From the sequence record OR805294.1: 64,000 nucleotides of DNA; one strand, written 5' to 3'. Made by a program: the position numbers and the translations under genes. Position 1 is the first letter of the stretch; the number at the start of each line of letters is the position of its first letter. Below, piece after piece: positions 45,736 to 55,279 of this stretch. Below the pieces are notes generated by a model. That model made no database searches and was not told the DNA's origin. It worked only from the letters and a program-made list of their open reading frames with translations.

Positions 45736-47231
45736 TGGATAATTTTGATATAGAATTAAAAGAACTCATAAAAAATACAAATCCTAACGCATTAGGAAAT
45801 GTAGTAAAAAGTAAAAAAGAAATATATGAGGAATTAGTTCGTCGAACTAATTCCTTTCTTCGTGACGACGTTTCTGTAACAGAAAGGATTCATATATACT
45901 TAAATCCGGCTGATAATGTTTACTGTAAGTATGATAACAAACGGACACTAAAGCGAAATAAAGATACAAAACAAACCCAATACGGATTTTGCGGAAATAA
46001 AAGTAAATGTAAATGTCATATGGAATGGTCTTTAAAAAATCATCCAGGCATGACACAATCCGGAAAAGAAAGTATGAAAACAAAAAGGATAAAAACTTGG
46101 ATAGAAAAATACGGTGTCGATAATCCATCTAAGTCAAAAGATATTATTGCAAAACAGCAATTAAGTAAAAAACATATAAAGCCAGATCATAGAACTATAA
46201 AGGAATTGGGATATAAAAAAGTAGTAGAACGACTTTCTAACATACTCACTCCTACGTTTAGTATAGACGAGTACGAAGGGTGCTTTAGAAAAAATGTGTA
46301 TGACTGGGTATGCAATGCATGCGGAAATATAGTTATCGGACACGTAGATTATGGGTCTACTCCGAGGTGCAATGTTTGTAATCCTATAACAAAGTCTGCT
46401 GGCGAGAATGAAATATCTAACTATATAGTATCGCTAGGTTTTGATGTGATTAACAATGACCGAACTATATTATCTAACAAAGAATTAGATATAGTAATTA
46501 AAGGCACAAACATAGCAATAGAATATAATGGTTGTTATTGGCATTCTACAAAACACAGAAAAAAATCATATCATGTAGATAAATTTATAGAATGCAGAGA
46601 TAAAGGAATAAAGTTAATACAAATTTTAGATGTAGATTGGATATCAAAACAAGACATAATAAAATCAAGGTTAAAATCTATTTTAGGTTGTAGTGATAGA
46701 ATATATGCAAGGAATACAACCATAAAAGAAATAACATTTAACGAATCTTTAATTTTTTTAGAAGAAACTCACATCCAAGGTTCTTGTCAATCATCTGTAA
46801 GACTAGGTCTATACGACAATGAGAATTTGTTAGTAGCCGTAATGACATTTGGGAAATCTAGATATACAAAAGAGGAATATGAGTTACTTAGGTATGCTAG
46901 CAAAAATACTGTTGTAGGAGGAGCCAGCAAACTTCTTAGATATTTCATAAAAACCTATTCCCCTAAATCTATCATTACATATGCAGACAGGTGCTGGTCA
47001 GATGGAAATTTATATAAACAACTCGGGTTTACAAATGTAACTAAGAATGACAGAAATACAGGATATTGGTATATAAAAGACAACATAAAATATCATAGAT
47101 CTAATTTCATAAAATCTAAGATTTCTAATAAAAATAATTTACATCTAAGCGAATCGGAAATAATGGATAGTTTAGGTTATTTAAAATATTACGATTGCGG
47201 CAATTACAAATATACATTGCAGGTACGCTAG
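45735..47231 (+). CDS. Free-standing homing endonuclease, paralog of 28206..29888
   Basis: ATG 45735 is TAATG-coupled. CNAC...CNVC Zn ribbon, KYGVDNPSK motif, ELDIVIKGTNIAIEYNGCYWHS, IYARNT, TYADRCWSDGNLYKQLGF, YDCGNYKY. Confidence 0.85.
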   Translation: MDNFDIELKELIKNTNPNALGNVVKSKKEIYEELVRRTNSFLRDDVSVTERIHIYLNPADNVYCKYDNKRTLKRNKDTKQTQYGFCGNKSKCKCHMEWSLKNHPGMTQSGKESMKTKRIKTWIEKYGVDNPSKSKDIIAKQQLSKKHIKPDHRTIKELGYKKVVERLSNILTPTFSIDEYEGCFRKNVYDWVCNACGNIVIGHVDYGSTPRCNVCNPITKSAGENEISNYIVSLGFDVINNDRTILSNKELDIVIKGTNIAIEYNGCYWHSTKHRKKSYHVDKFIECRDKGIKLIQILDVDWISKQDIIKSRLKSILGCSDRIYARNTTIKEITFNESLIFLEETHIQGSCQSSVRLGLYDNENLLVAVMTFGKSRYTKEEYELLRYASKNTVVGGASKLLRYFIKTYSPKSIITYADRCWSDGNLYKQLGFTNVTKNDRNTGYWYIKDNIKYHRSNFIKSKISNKNNLHLSESEIMDSLGYLKYYDCGNYKYTLQVR

Positions 47232-47245
47232 CATAATGTTATACT
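47217..47245 (+). promoter_or_regulatory. sigma70 promoter for the VWA gene (overlaps the endonuclease 3' end)
   Basis: TTGCAG-17 bp-TATACT. Confidence 0.55.
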
Positions 47246-47286
47246 TGTAACGTAACACAAAACATATCATTTTAACGGAGCATTAT

Positions 47287-48471
47287 ATGTCCACTAAAAC
47301 CCTAGAAGAACGCATCATCCGCGCCCGTGTTCAGTTGCTGTTGAACCATCCGTTTTTCGGGACCTTGGCGCTGCGCCTTAAACTAGTCGAGGCGAACGAC
47401 TGGTGCCCTACTGCTGGTACTGATGGACGCCATCTTTATTATAATACCAAGTTCCTCGAAGACTTGGACGATAAGGAACTTATCTTCCTCATCGGTCATG
47501 AGGTAATGCACGTCGTCTACGACCACATGGGGCGGCGCGGCAGCAGAGAGCCTAAACTGTGGAACTGTGCTGCCGACTTTGTTATCAACCTCGAATTGCA
47601 CGATATGAAGATCGGCAAGCTTATCCACCGTCCGGGTACTTGCGAGCCGTGCTTTGATGAAAAGTACCGCGGAATGTCCGCTGACCAGATCTATGAACTA
47701 ATTAAGAAAGATCCGTCACTAAAAGATAAAGATAGCTTCGACGTTCACCTCGAACCCGGCGGCGCCGGGAATGAAGACGGCGATGCTTCTGGCAAATCCG
47801 GTCCTATCCCTATGTCTGCAGATGAGCAAGCTGCTCTTCGGGACGAGATCACTGAAGCTGTTCTTCAGGCTGCTAAAGCTGCTGGTGTCGGCAACACTCC
47901 GGCAGGTGTGCGTCAGATGATCAGTGACATCACTGAACCTAAACTAGATTGGCGCGAATTGCTAAACCAGACTATTCCGTCGCACATTAAATCCGACTAT
48001 ATGTGGACTCGTCCGTCGCGGAAGAGTTGGGGAACTGGTGCGACTCTGCCGGGTCAGATTGTTGATGACAAAATCGATGTTATCCTGGCACTAGACGCCT
48101 CTGGTTCGATTAGCTCTTCTCAGCTAAGGGATTTCTTAGGGGAAGTGTTAGGAATTATGGAACAGTTTAGTGACTTTTCCATACAAGTGCTAACGTTTGA
48201 TACTAGAGTGTATGAATTCCGAAAATATACTCCCGACAATGCAGACGAAATCTATGAGTATCCCCTTAAAGGCGGCGGTGGTACCGATTTTGTGGCTGTG
48301 TTTAACTTCCTTAAAGATACGCTCACTGAACCGCCGCATCAGTTAGTATTCTTCACTGACATGGAAGTGTACGACTACGGCGATCCTAACTATTGCGATA
48401 CTGTGTTTATAAACCACGGTCGCAAAGGTGTAACTGCACCGTTTGGCATCACCATCGACTACGACGAATAA
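47287..48471 (+). CDS. Metallopeptidase-VWA protein (DUF2201-like), MoxR partner
   Basis: PTAGTDG; GHEVMH (HExxH); VILALDASGSIS (MIDAS DxSxS); GGGGTDF; VFFTD. Confidence 0.9.
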   Translation: MSTKTLEERIIRARVQLLLNHPFFGTLALRLKLVEANDWCPTAGTDGRHLYYNTKFLEDLDDKELIFLIGHEVMHVVYDHMGRRGSREPKLWNCAADFVINLELHDMKIGKLIHRPGTCEPCFDEKYRGMSADQIYELIKKDPSLKDKDSFDVHLEPGGAGNEDGDASGKSGPIPMSADEQAALRDEITEAVLQAAKAAGVGNTPAGVRQMISDITEPKLDWRELLNQTIPSHIKSDYMWTRPSRKSWGTGATLPGQIVDDKIDVILALDASGSISSSQLRDFLGEVLGIMEQFSDFSIQVLTFDTRVYEFRKYTPDNADEIYEYPLKGGGGTDFVAVFNFLKDTLTEPPHQLVFFTDMEVYDYGDPNYCDTVFINHGRKGVTAPFGITIDYDE

Positions 48472-48485
48472 TCGTAGGTTAAAAC

Positions 48486-48513
48486 AAAAAAGGGGCTTAT
48501 AAGCCCCTTTTTT
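48486..48513 (+). terminator. Rho-independent terminator
   Basis: AAAAAAGGGGC-ttataa-GCCCCTTTTTT. Confidence 0.85.
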
Positions 48514-48560
48514 GTTGACTAGTTTTAACTACTTAAAGCGCTGTAGCATAGCTGTACATA

Positions 48561-48658
48561 AGCGCTAAATTAGCGCAAATTTGCGTGTTTTTATGCGTTA
48601 CAATACATAGCTAATACTACGCATGCAAAACGCGCTATAGCGCAAATTTGCGTGTTTT
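48561..48658. repeat. Two copies of a 21-bp repeat TAGCGCAAATTTGCGTGTTTT with nested palindromes
   Basis: Copies at 48571-48591 and 48638-48658, each preceded by GCGCTA. CGCAAATTTGCG is a perfect 12-bp palindrome. Confidence 0.85.
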
Positions 48659-48752
48659 AAGCACATCTACTATGCTTTTTATTTTGCATTGTATTTAATG
48701 CACAGGGACAGTATTGTATGCTTGTTTGTGTCATATAAGACAATAAAATGTT

Positions 48753-48995
48753 ATGTTACATTATCTTCCAGTTATACTATTCGTTTATGTTATAGGAAAC
48801 ATATTATCATTGTTTTTATACAATGTAGTATCATACAGCACACTATTTCCATATAGTATGTTACACAAACAAAACCACAAGCAAACTCTGTTTCATAAAT
48901 TTATAAAAATGTGGTGGTTTTCTTACTTAAATGTTATTGTACTCAGTTGTGCTTGCATATATGTAATAGGCAAAAAATATATAAAGAGAATTTGA
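48753..48995 (+). CDS. Small membrane protein
   Basis: Two hydrophobic segments. Confidence 0.45.
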   Translation: MLHYLPVILFVYVIGNILSLFLYNVVSYSTLFPYSMLHKQNHKQTLFHKFIKMWWFSYLNVIVLSCACIYVIGKKYIKRI

Positions 48996-49050
48996 AATAT
49001 TATAAAGATTTTATTAAGATTATGATAAATTTAATATAGAACTAATTTAC

Positions 49051-49081
49051 AAAATAAAAGGGCTTAACGCCCTTTTATTTT
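49051..49081. terminator. Bidirectional terminator at the convergence of the plus and minus gene blocks
   Basis: AAAATAAAAGGGC-ttaac-GCCCTTTTATTTT. Confidence 0.85.
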
Positions 49082-49087
49082 AATCAA

Positions 49088-49408
49088 TTATTCTATTTTT
49101 GCATGAATAGTACATAGCATATTGTGATATGCTTCCTGGTATTCAGATTCTAGTTTAATCATATCTAAGTAGATAAAAATAGCCTCTATTTTGCCTAACT
49201 TAGACAACCGTTCATCTTTTTTGCTCTTAATTAGATTTCCTATAAACTGTCTGTCAAATTTATTAACAGAACCGTTTTCACAAATAACTTCTACATAATC
49301 TACATAAGAAAGATGTAAATCGTCTAAGCTTATGCTAGGCAGAAATTCTTCTATATCAAACGAAATCCCCTCCTGTTCGGGGAGTTTTTTAAGATAGATT
49401 TTGGCCAT
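49088..49408 (-). CDS. Hypothetical protein
   Basis: 106 aa with a GGAG RBS. Confidence 0.7.
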   Translation of the reverse strand: MAKIYLKKLPEQEGISFDIEEFLPSISLDDLHLSYVDYVEVICENGSVNKFDRQFIGNLIKSKKDERLSKLGKIEAIFIYLDMIKLESEYQEAYHNMLCTIHAKIE

Positions 49409-49540
49409 ATATGCTACTCCGTTCTATGCATATAGATATTTAGCAATTATACAAAAATGCATAGTTTTAATAGCACACACAAACACGATGCAGCGTATTA
49501 GTTAGTTTTATTACCAAGCAAAATTGTGCATTTTTTGCCC

Positions 49541-49570
49541 AAAAAAAACAGCCCTAGCTAGGGCTGTTTT
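49541..49570 (-). terminator. Rho-independent terminator
   Basis: AAAACAGCCCTA-gc-TAGGGCTGTTTT with an 8-nt A-run on plus. Confidence 0.75.
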
Positions 49571-49575
49571 GTTTG

Positions 49576-49845
49576 TTAAAGCTTTTCTAAAACAAGTGTT
49601 AGCGCATCTTCTCCTATATTAAAGTGTTGTGTCGCACTAACATGACAAAACTTGCCATATATATCTAATGCAGATATTACAACATCTTCAATAACTTTTT
49701 CTATCATTTCACTAGTATCTTTACATCTACATTTTAGTGTAATGTTATCCATAGTTTCTTCAATGGATATAATATTAATGCCCTTTACTTCTAAAGCTTC
49801 TTTTATTTCTTGCATTTTACTCCGCGCGAGTGGAATCGCGCTCAA
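49576..49845 (-). CDS. Hypothetical protein
   Basis: 89-aa ORF in operon. Confidence 0.55.
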   Translation of the reverse strand: MSAIPLARSKMQEIKEALEVKGINIISIEETMDNITLKCRCKDTSEMIEKVIEDVVISALDIYGKFCHVSATQHFNIGEDALTLVLEKL

Positions 49846-50557
49846 GTTTTTGAGAAACCTTAAGTTCTAATTCCTCAACGGCCTTAGCTTTGCTTTCTTC
49901 TAGTAAAGCTCTAGCCTTTTCTTCTTCTCGTTTCTGCCTAGCTTCCCTGCGCTTTTCCTTACGTTTTTCTAGGCGCTCTTTGTAACGTTCTTCTAGTTCT
50001 TCTTCTGTAAGTTCACGCTGACGACCAGGAGCTGGTTTTAGTTCAGGACATAAAGAATATGCAAGCTCTAACTTTGCATCAGCCTCTTCTTTAAGCAACC
50101 GTGCTTGAACTATAAGACCTTCTGCTCGTTGTTTATCAGTAATAGATTCTTCAACTACAGGTACTGATGCGGTTTCTGTATGTACAGGGTCGGCGCCTGC
50201 TAATGCAGCTTCACGTATCTGAGAATTAATAAGTTCTAAAGCAACATTAGTACCTGGGTACGGTTGCATAAAAACCTGTCTAACTTCCACTTTGCGTAAA
50301 AAAGACCGATCGTGCATTGTACGAAGTGCAGGCAATCCGTCACCTAAAAGTTTATTATTTAGGACAGTATACAAATCGACAGAATTTTGTCCTTCTCTAC
50401 TTTCAACTATAGTTTTTAGGTTATCTTGGTACATGTCTGGTAGTCTATCTATTTCAACTACTAAACAATGAGTAGGATCATCGGGTAATTCCCGGAACAC
50501 GACATACACACGTGTTCCGGTATTAGCGATTTTCCCTATGTGGCGCTTAAGACTCAT
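49817..50557 (-). CDS. Hypothetical protein with a charged coiled-coil C-terminus
   Basis: 246 aa with a GGAG RBS. Confidence 0.75.
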   Translation of the reverse strand: MSLKRHIGKIANTGTRVYVVFRELPDDPTHCLVVEIDRLPDMYQDNLKTIVESREGQNSVDLYTVLNNKLLGDGLPALRTMHDRSFLRKVEVRQVFMQPYPGTNVALELINSQIREAALAGADPVHTETASVPVVEESITDKQRAEGLIVQARLLKEEADAKLELAYSLCPELKPAPGRQRELTEEELEERYKERLEKRKEKRREARQKREEEKARALLEESKAKAVEELELKVSQKLERDSTRAE

Positions 50558-50574
50558 TAGGAAATCTCCGTGTA

Positions 50575-50847
50575 TTATTTGGCTTCAGTTTCAGCTTCTT
50601 GCTCTTCTTGTTTAGGTTCAATTGCTGATACAAAAGATTTAACTTTACTAAACACACCACCGACGCTGGCCATTTCTTCTGCGCGGAATGCTCCGCGTTG
50701 GCATGCAACATCAACTATGGTTAGTAAATCTTTAATGTCTTGTACACCTAGACGAGGTTCTTCGCTTGCTTGTTCAGTCATATTCTCTTGATCTACAACT
50801 TCTTTTTCTACAACTTCTTTTTCTACAGCTTTAGCTTTCTTAGCCAT
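50575..50847 (-). CDS. Hypothetical acidic protein
   Basis: IVDVACQRGAFRAEEMASVG core. Confidence 0.7.
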   Translation of the reverse strand: MAKKAKAVEKEVVEKEVVDQENMTEQASEEPRLGVQDIKDLLTIVDVACQRGAFRAEEMASVGGVFSKVKSFVSAIEPKQEEQEAETEAK

Positions 50848-51442
50848 TTAACATTTCTCCGTAATTGTGTGTCGGGCTCGATTCAATTTCTGATATACAT
50901 TTTTTATCAGTAATAATTATTAAGTTTGAATCCCATGGCAAATAAAATTTCCAATCACTATCTCTTATTAAAATAGGTAATTGTTGCCTACGAGAAACAA
51001 GTTCATAATAAGTAGGTCTATGTGGCATTTTAATGGGAATAATATTCTTGTTATCGCCTTTTTTGTTATTACAAACTTTGCATGCAGTGCATATATTAGT
51101 CCAATTTGTCTTACCACCGTATCTCTTAGGTAAAACATGATCTAGTGTTAGTTGTTTAACAGGAAACGTTCTAAAACAAAACTGACACTGATAGTTATCC
51201 CTTAAATATACGTTGTTTCTGGAAAACTTTGTTTTATGATTCCATTTAATGTATTCAGTTGACATTACAATAGATGGAACCTTCATAGTAATACTGGGAG
51301 AATTAACTTCCCAATTGTCGTAATTTTTTAAAATTTCGACCTTGCCAAGCGATACTAATTTAATACTAGTTTGCCAGTCTACAACAGATAATGGTAACAT
51401 GCATAACGGATTACCGTCTTTGTTAAGTATCAAAGTATCCAT
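50840..51442 (-). CDS. HNH endonuclease
   Basis: VYLRDNYQCQFC...LTLDHVLPKRYGG...NICTACKVCNNKKG. Confidence 0.92.
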   Translation of the reverse strand: MDTLILNKDGNPLCMLPLSVVDWQTSIKLVSLGKVEILKNYDNWEVNSPSITMKVPSIVMSTEYIKWNHKTKFSRNNVYLRDNYQCQFCFRTFPVKQLTLDHVLPKRYGGKTNWTNICTACKVCNNKKGDNKNIIPIKMPHRPTYYELVSRRQQLPILIRDSDWKFYLPWDSNLIIITDKKCISEIESSPTHNYGEMLNG

Positions 51443-51469
51443 TTATAAACTACACAGTTATTTATCTTT

Positions 51470-51712
51470 TTATTTCATGTATTTCTTTAATTCTTCCGGA
51501 AAACCTTTTAATGTTACAAACACTTGATCTTCCTGTTTTTCGAAATCAATGTTATAAAAAATTTCATTTTTTGTAGGTTGTATTTCTTCTAAAATAGTAT
51601 ACTTTCCATCACAATTAGAGTCTAGCCATACACCTAAGTAAAGCTTAAATACTTCTCCTAACCCGTTAGCAGATCGTTGTACACTAAACCTAGTCATATT
51701 AACAAAATCCAC
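51470..51712 (-). CDS. Hypothetical protein
   Basis: 80-aa ORF in operon. Confidence 0.55.
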   Translation of the reverse strand: MDFVNMTRFSVQRSANGLGEVFKLYLGVWLDSNCDGKYTILEEIQPTKNEIFYNIDFEKQEDQVFVTLKGFPEELKKYMK

Positions 51713-51947
51713 TTAATATTCCTGGGTCTACATATTGTGAAAAGTATACAGTAGATCTACTATCTTGTATTTTTATATACCAAGGATATTTTATATTTGT
51801 ACTAATAACTGTAATGAGTTTTTCTACTTCATCCTTAGAAATATGAACTACATATTTGTTATAAAGTAAATTAGAATATAGAGTAGTGCCTTTTAATGAA
51901 TAAAATTCGTCTTCTGTTAATCTATATTCCCGTGTGACAGAAATCAT
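51699..51947 (-). CDS. Hypothetical protein
   Basis: AGGAG RBS; both sigma70 and late boxes upstream. Confidence 0.6.
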   Translation of the reverse strand: MISVTREYRLTEDEFYSLKGTTLYSNLLYNKYVVHISKDEVEKLITVISTNIKYPWYIKIQDSRSTVYFSQYVDPGILSGFC

Positions 51948-52031
51948 ATACGTTTCTCCTTTTATTAAAGTATTTATCTACGTATATATTTCCTAAGAAG
52001 GGAAACAACGCCTTCCCTAGCTAGTGTGCAT

Positions 52032-52060
52032 ATTATATAACAGCATATTACCGTTGTCAA
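52032..52060 (-). promoter_or_regulatory. Perfect-consensus sigma70 promoter
   Basis: TTGACA-17 bp-TATAAT on the minus strand. Confidence 0.85.
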
Positions 52061-52067
52061 TATATTT

Positions 52068-52493
52068 TTAACTAGTCTTTGTCAGAAGGTAAGTATGTTC
52101 ATTATTGGTATTTTTGTTTGACTGTATTGTGTAACCATATTGAGTAGCCATTTTTGTTGCGAGTCTGTTGTATAATTTAACTCTAGATGGCTCGGATAGA
52201 TCGGCAGTAAAATATATTTGGTTAGGTTTTAATTCAGAAATAGCACGTTTGGTAATATCTAATATAGTAGAAAATACTTTAAATTCATTGCCAGTTCCAG
52301 TGACCGCAGCATCATAATAATAATCGTCAGCATCGACTTCCTTTGCAGTAAACGATATTAATAGTCTTCCATTAACCATAGTTTCTATGACTCTATATTT
52401 CATATTACCAACAATAAAATATGCATTAACGGTTCCATTAGTGTTGGTATATTGATATTTTTCAATCTGATCAAATAGTTCAAATAAGTGCAT
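52068..52493 (-). CDS. Hypothetical protein (virion-associated family with an MxLxELF start)
   Basis: TGTGNEFKVFSTI...SRVKLYNRL; GATAAATA box at 52515-52522. Confidence 0.65.
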   Translation of the reverse strand: MHLFELFDQIEKYQYTNTNGTVNAYFIVGNMKYRVIETMVNGRLLISFTAKEVDADDYYYDAAVTGTGNEFKVFSTILDITKRAISELKPNQIYFTADLSEPSRVKLYNRLATKMATQYGYTIQSNKNTNNEHTYLLTKTS

Positions 52494-52563
52494 AAAAATA
52501 GTCCTTAATATGGATATTTATCTTATATATAAATTAAAAGGGGAATTAAATTCCCCTTTAGCA

Positions 52564-53310
52564 TTACTTACCTTTTCTTACTAAAATTGACATACAATGT
52601 GCTAGTTCGTCATAGTAATTTGGAAATAATTGCTTTACTTTTTTATGAAAACTCATAGGCATTGTTTTATTTTTATCTGCTATATGGTAATATTCGGGAT
52701 CAACTTTCATTAATCTAATAGCATCAGTGCCAGTTAATTGTATTTTATTCAATAATGTTTCAGTTTCCCTAGATTTAGGCAATTTATTATTACATATTTC
52801 AGAAATTACAAGGCAAGGTTTAATGTTATCTATATTGTTATTTGCTACAAATTCGATAAATTTTGTTCTAAACGAAATTTTAAATAATTGTTCAGGAATA
52901 GGTGTATTATATACTATTGAGTTTAAATCTAAATCTGTTAATATTTTTGCCATACGTTTTATACAGTCTTTAGAATTATAATAAATTACACGATAGTATG
53001 GAGTATTATGCCATACTTGTATATACTTCATTAACACTTTGGGGTGAATACTAACAATAGTTTTTAACCGCTCGGTTGGAATAACATCACCGAATGTGTG
53101 TATATGTCTAGCAACAAACTTGTCTGACATTTTAGAAACTAATCTAGTTTTTGCTGCTGTAGATGCATCTACAGCAGCATGATACAGTAGTTCGTCGTCA
53201 TTAGAATAATTATTCTCTATTAGTTTTACGATGTTATGTTTTTTGCAATTATACGTATTTAATAAGATTTCTTTCAAATCTTCTTTTTCTATATAAATTT
53301 TATTATTCAT
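52564..53310 (-). CDS. Hypothetical protein (possible paralog family)
   Basis: 248 aa, helical, Lys/Ile-rich. Confidence 0.65.
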   Translation of the reverse strand: MNNKIYIEKEDLKEILLNTYNCKKHNIVKLIENNYSNDDELLYHAAVDASTAAKTRLVSKMSDKFVARHIHTFGDVIPTERLKTIVSIHPKVLMKYIQVWHNTPYYRVIYYNSKDCIKRMAKILTDLDLNSIVYNTPIPEQLFKISFRTKFIEFVANNNIDNIKPCLVISEICNNKLPKSRETETLLNKIQLTGTDAIRLMKVDPEYYHIADKNKTMPMSFHKKVKQLFPNYYDELAHCMSILVRKGK

Positions 53311-54262
53311 TTGTTTTTCTTTTTCCTTTGCCTGTAGATAAAATATACATAAAATATTCTTCGTTATTTTTTAATTCGGGATACATCTTAAACATTTCTG
53401 ACCAACTAGTTTTTGTTAATTTTTCGAGATGCTTAGGTACTATAGGCTTAAAGGTTGTCGTATATTTCTTAGCAAATGCTACCAAGTTAGCACCTGTAAA
53501 CGGGGTGCCGTGTACAAATTCTTTAGAAGAAAGTTCATCCGATATATCGTTTTCGTTAATTTCAAAAAAGTTAACAATATTGTATACATCAGATTTAGAA
53601 ATGTACCTATTTTTTATTATATCGTTTTTTATTGTATCTAAAGTAAATATTTGCTTAAGATCGTTTACTGTATCTAAAGCATATTTAGGACACAATTTAT
53701 TAGACTTATTAAAGTCAGATACTGTATGTTTAATTGCTGGCGGCAAATGGTAATAATACGAAAATGAATTATAAGTAAATACGAGATTTGCCATACTACA
53801 CAGACGTTTAATATGTTTATCTATTACATTGGCATATAATTTATCATAATTTTTATATGTTTTTAAATTATGTAAATCAGACACATCTATTTTATTTAAA
53901 CACAGCATCAATGGAATACAGTCACTGTACCTAGCTGCCACATTATTTACAATAGGTTTACTGTTGAATTTAGATTTAAACTCATTAATTATTTTTTCAT
54001 TAAACAAAATAGAAATGTCTTTTATAAGAAATTCATGCAATGCTCTGCATAACCCATCAAACTGTGTACTATTCTTAAATGCATAAAGACTAGTAGATAA
54101 ACTATCATTGTTAAAAAACGATGATAATGCACGGTGTGCATCTGATGAATGCGCTAGCGGTATGTCATATCTAATAGAACTTTCTAATATATATTCTATA
54201 TCATTTCGTTCTACTGAATTCCAGTCAATTTGTGATAACATTTGTGATACTGATTTTTTCAT
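53303..54262 (-). CDS. Hypothetical protein (possible paralog family)
   Basis: 319 aa, coupled to its neighbours. Confidence 0.65.
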   Translation of the reverse strand: MKKSVSQMLSQIDWNSVERNDIEYILESSIRYDIPLAHSSDAHRALSSFFNNDSLSTSLYAFKNSTQFDGLCRALHEFLIKDISILFNEKIINEFKSKFNSKPIVNNVAARYSDCIPLMLCLNKIDVSDLHNLKTYKNYDKLYANVIDKHIKRLCSMANLVFTYNSFSYYYHLPPAIKHTVSDFNKSNKLCPKYALDTVNDLKQIFTLDTIKNDIIKNRYISKSDVYNIVNFFEINENDISDELSSKEFVHGTPFTGANLVAFAKKYTTTFKPIVPKHLEKLTKTSWSEMFKMYPELKNNEEYFMYILSTGKGKRKTNE

Positions 54263-55155
54263 TAGTTTCGGGGACCTTTAAGTTTTGCTAGTACATGTTG
54301 TTCTGACCCAGACAAATGAGGGAAGATCTTTATAAGTTTGTTCCAGTACGAATACGGCAAAAAATCGAGATTTATATGATCTAAATATTTTATATAATTA
54401 CTATGCAACCTATTCCTCGAAAATATAGTCAATATATGTCGTCCTGCTATATAAGACCAATCTATATTTTTAAGAAATTTAATACAACTGTCAGTAGACA
54501 TTGTCTGACCATTTGCTTTATGCATATAGAATAGCGAAGACATCCTTTCAAAAAGAAACCAGTGATATTGTTTATTTTTAGAAATAGTATCAAACCCTAC
54601 AAATTTTACATATTCTTCAAAAACAGAATATCTTTTACTACAAAAAAAATTAAATACTCTTTTATCTAACAAAACGTTATGTCGTTTTAATTCTTTTAAA
54701 ATAAGTCTTACTATGTTTAAATCAGGTAAAGATTGTATGGTACACAATTGCGTTATTATATCTTTAGATAATGCTTTTCTCGGTTTTAAATTCTTTAAAA
54801 CAACATAAAATAATTTATGACATGTTATAGGAACTTTCATAGGAAACATTGAATTTGAAAATTTTCCAATACATTGCCTGACAAGATATAAATCTTCTTT
54901 ACTTATAGATCTGTTATATTCACTAATAGAAGATGAATAATTACTTGATATAAAGTTTACTAATTTGGGACTTTTAATTTCCATAAGAACATTCAATACA
55001 GTAGCATTGAACGGTATATATTCAACATCAATAGAATTACAGACTGCAATTAGTGCATCTTTAGCTGAATTATTAGCAATTGTTATTTCTTTATTTTTTC
55101 TAAATTTAATGAAATATTCTAATTCACTTAAAGCTTTAATGTAACTAATATCCAT
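54262..55155 (-). CDS. Hypothetical protein (possible paralog family)
   Basis: 297 aa, first gene behind the minus-strand sigma70 promoter. Confidence 0.65.
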   Translation of the reverse strand: MDISYIKALSELEYFIKFRKNKEITIANNSAKDALIAVCNSIDVEYIPFNATVLNVLMEIKSPKLVNFISSNYSSSISEYNRSISKEDLYLVRQCIGKFSNSMFPMKVPITCHKLFYVVLKNLKPRKALSKDIITQLCTIQSLPDLNIVRLILKELKRHNVLLDKRVFNFFCSKRYSVFEEYVKFVGFDTISKNKQYHWFLFERMSSLFYMHKANGQTMSTDSCIKFLKNIDWSYIAGRHILTIFSRNRLHSNYIKYLDHINLDFLPYSYWNKLIKIFPHLSGSEQHVLAKLKGPRN

Positions 55156-55181
55156 ACATATACCGTAAAAATTTTTACCAT

Positions 55182-55210
55182 ACTATAAAATATGTATATT
55201 CAATAGTCAA
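55182..55210 (-). promoter_or_regulatory. sigma70 promoter (leftward)
   Basis: TTGACT-17 bp-TATAGT on the minus strand. Confidence 0.75.
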
Positions 55211-55244
55211 CTGTGTTTGGTAACAAAATGTGGTAATTAGGCAC

Positions 55245-55273
55245 TTGACATTGGTATTGTCTTTTAGTAAACT
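55245..55273 (+). promoter_or_regulatory. sigma70 promoter (rightward) pointing into the ORF-free structured region
   Basis: TTGACA-17 bp-TAAACT. Confidence 0.78.
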
Positions 55274-55279
55274 GTGCGC

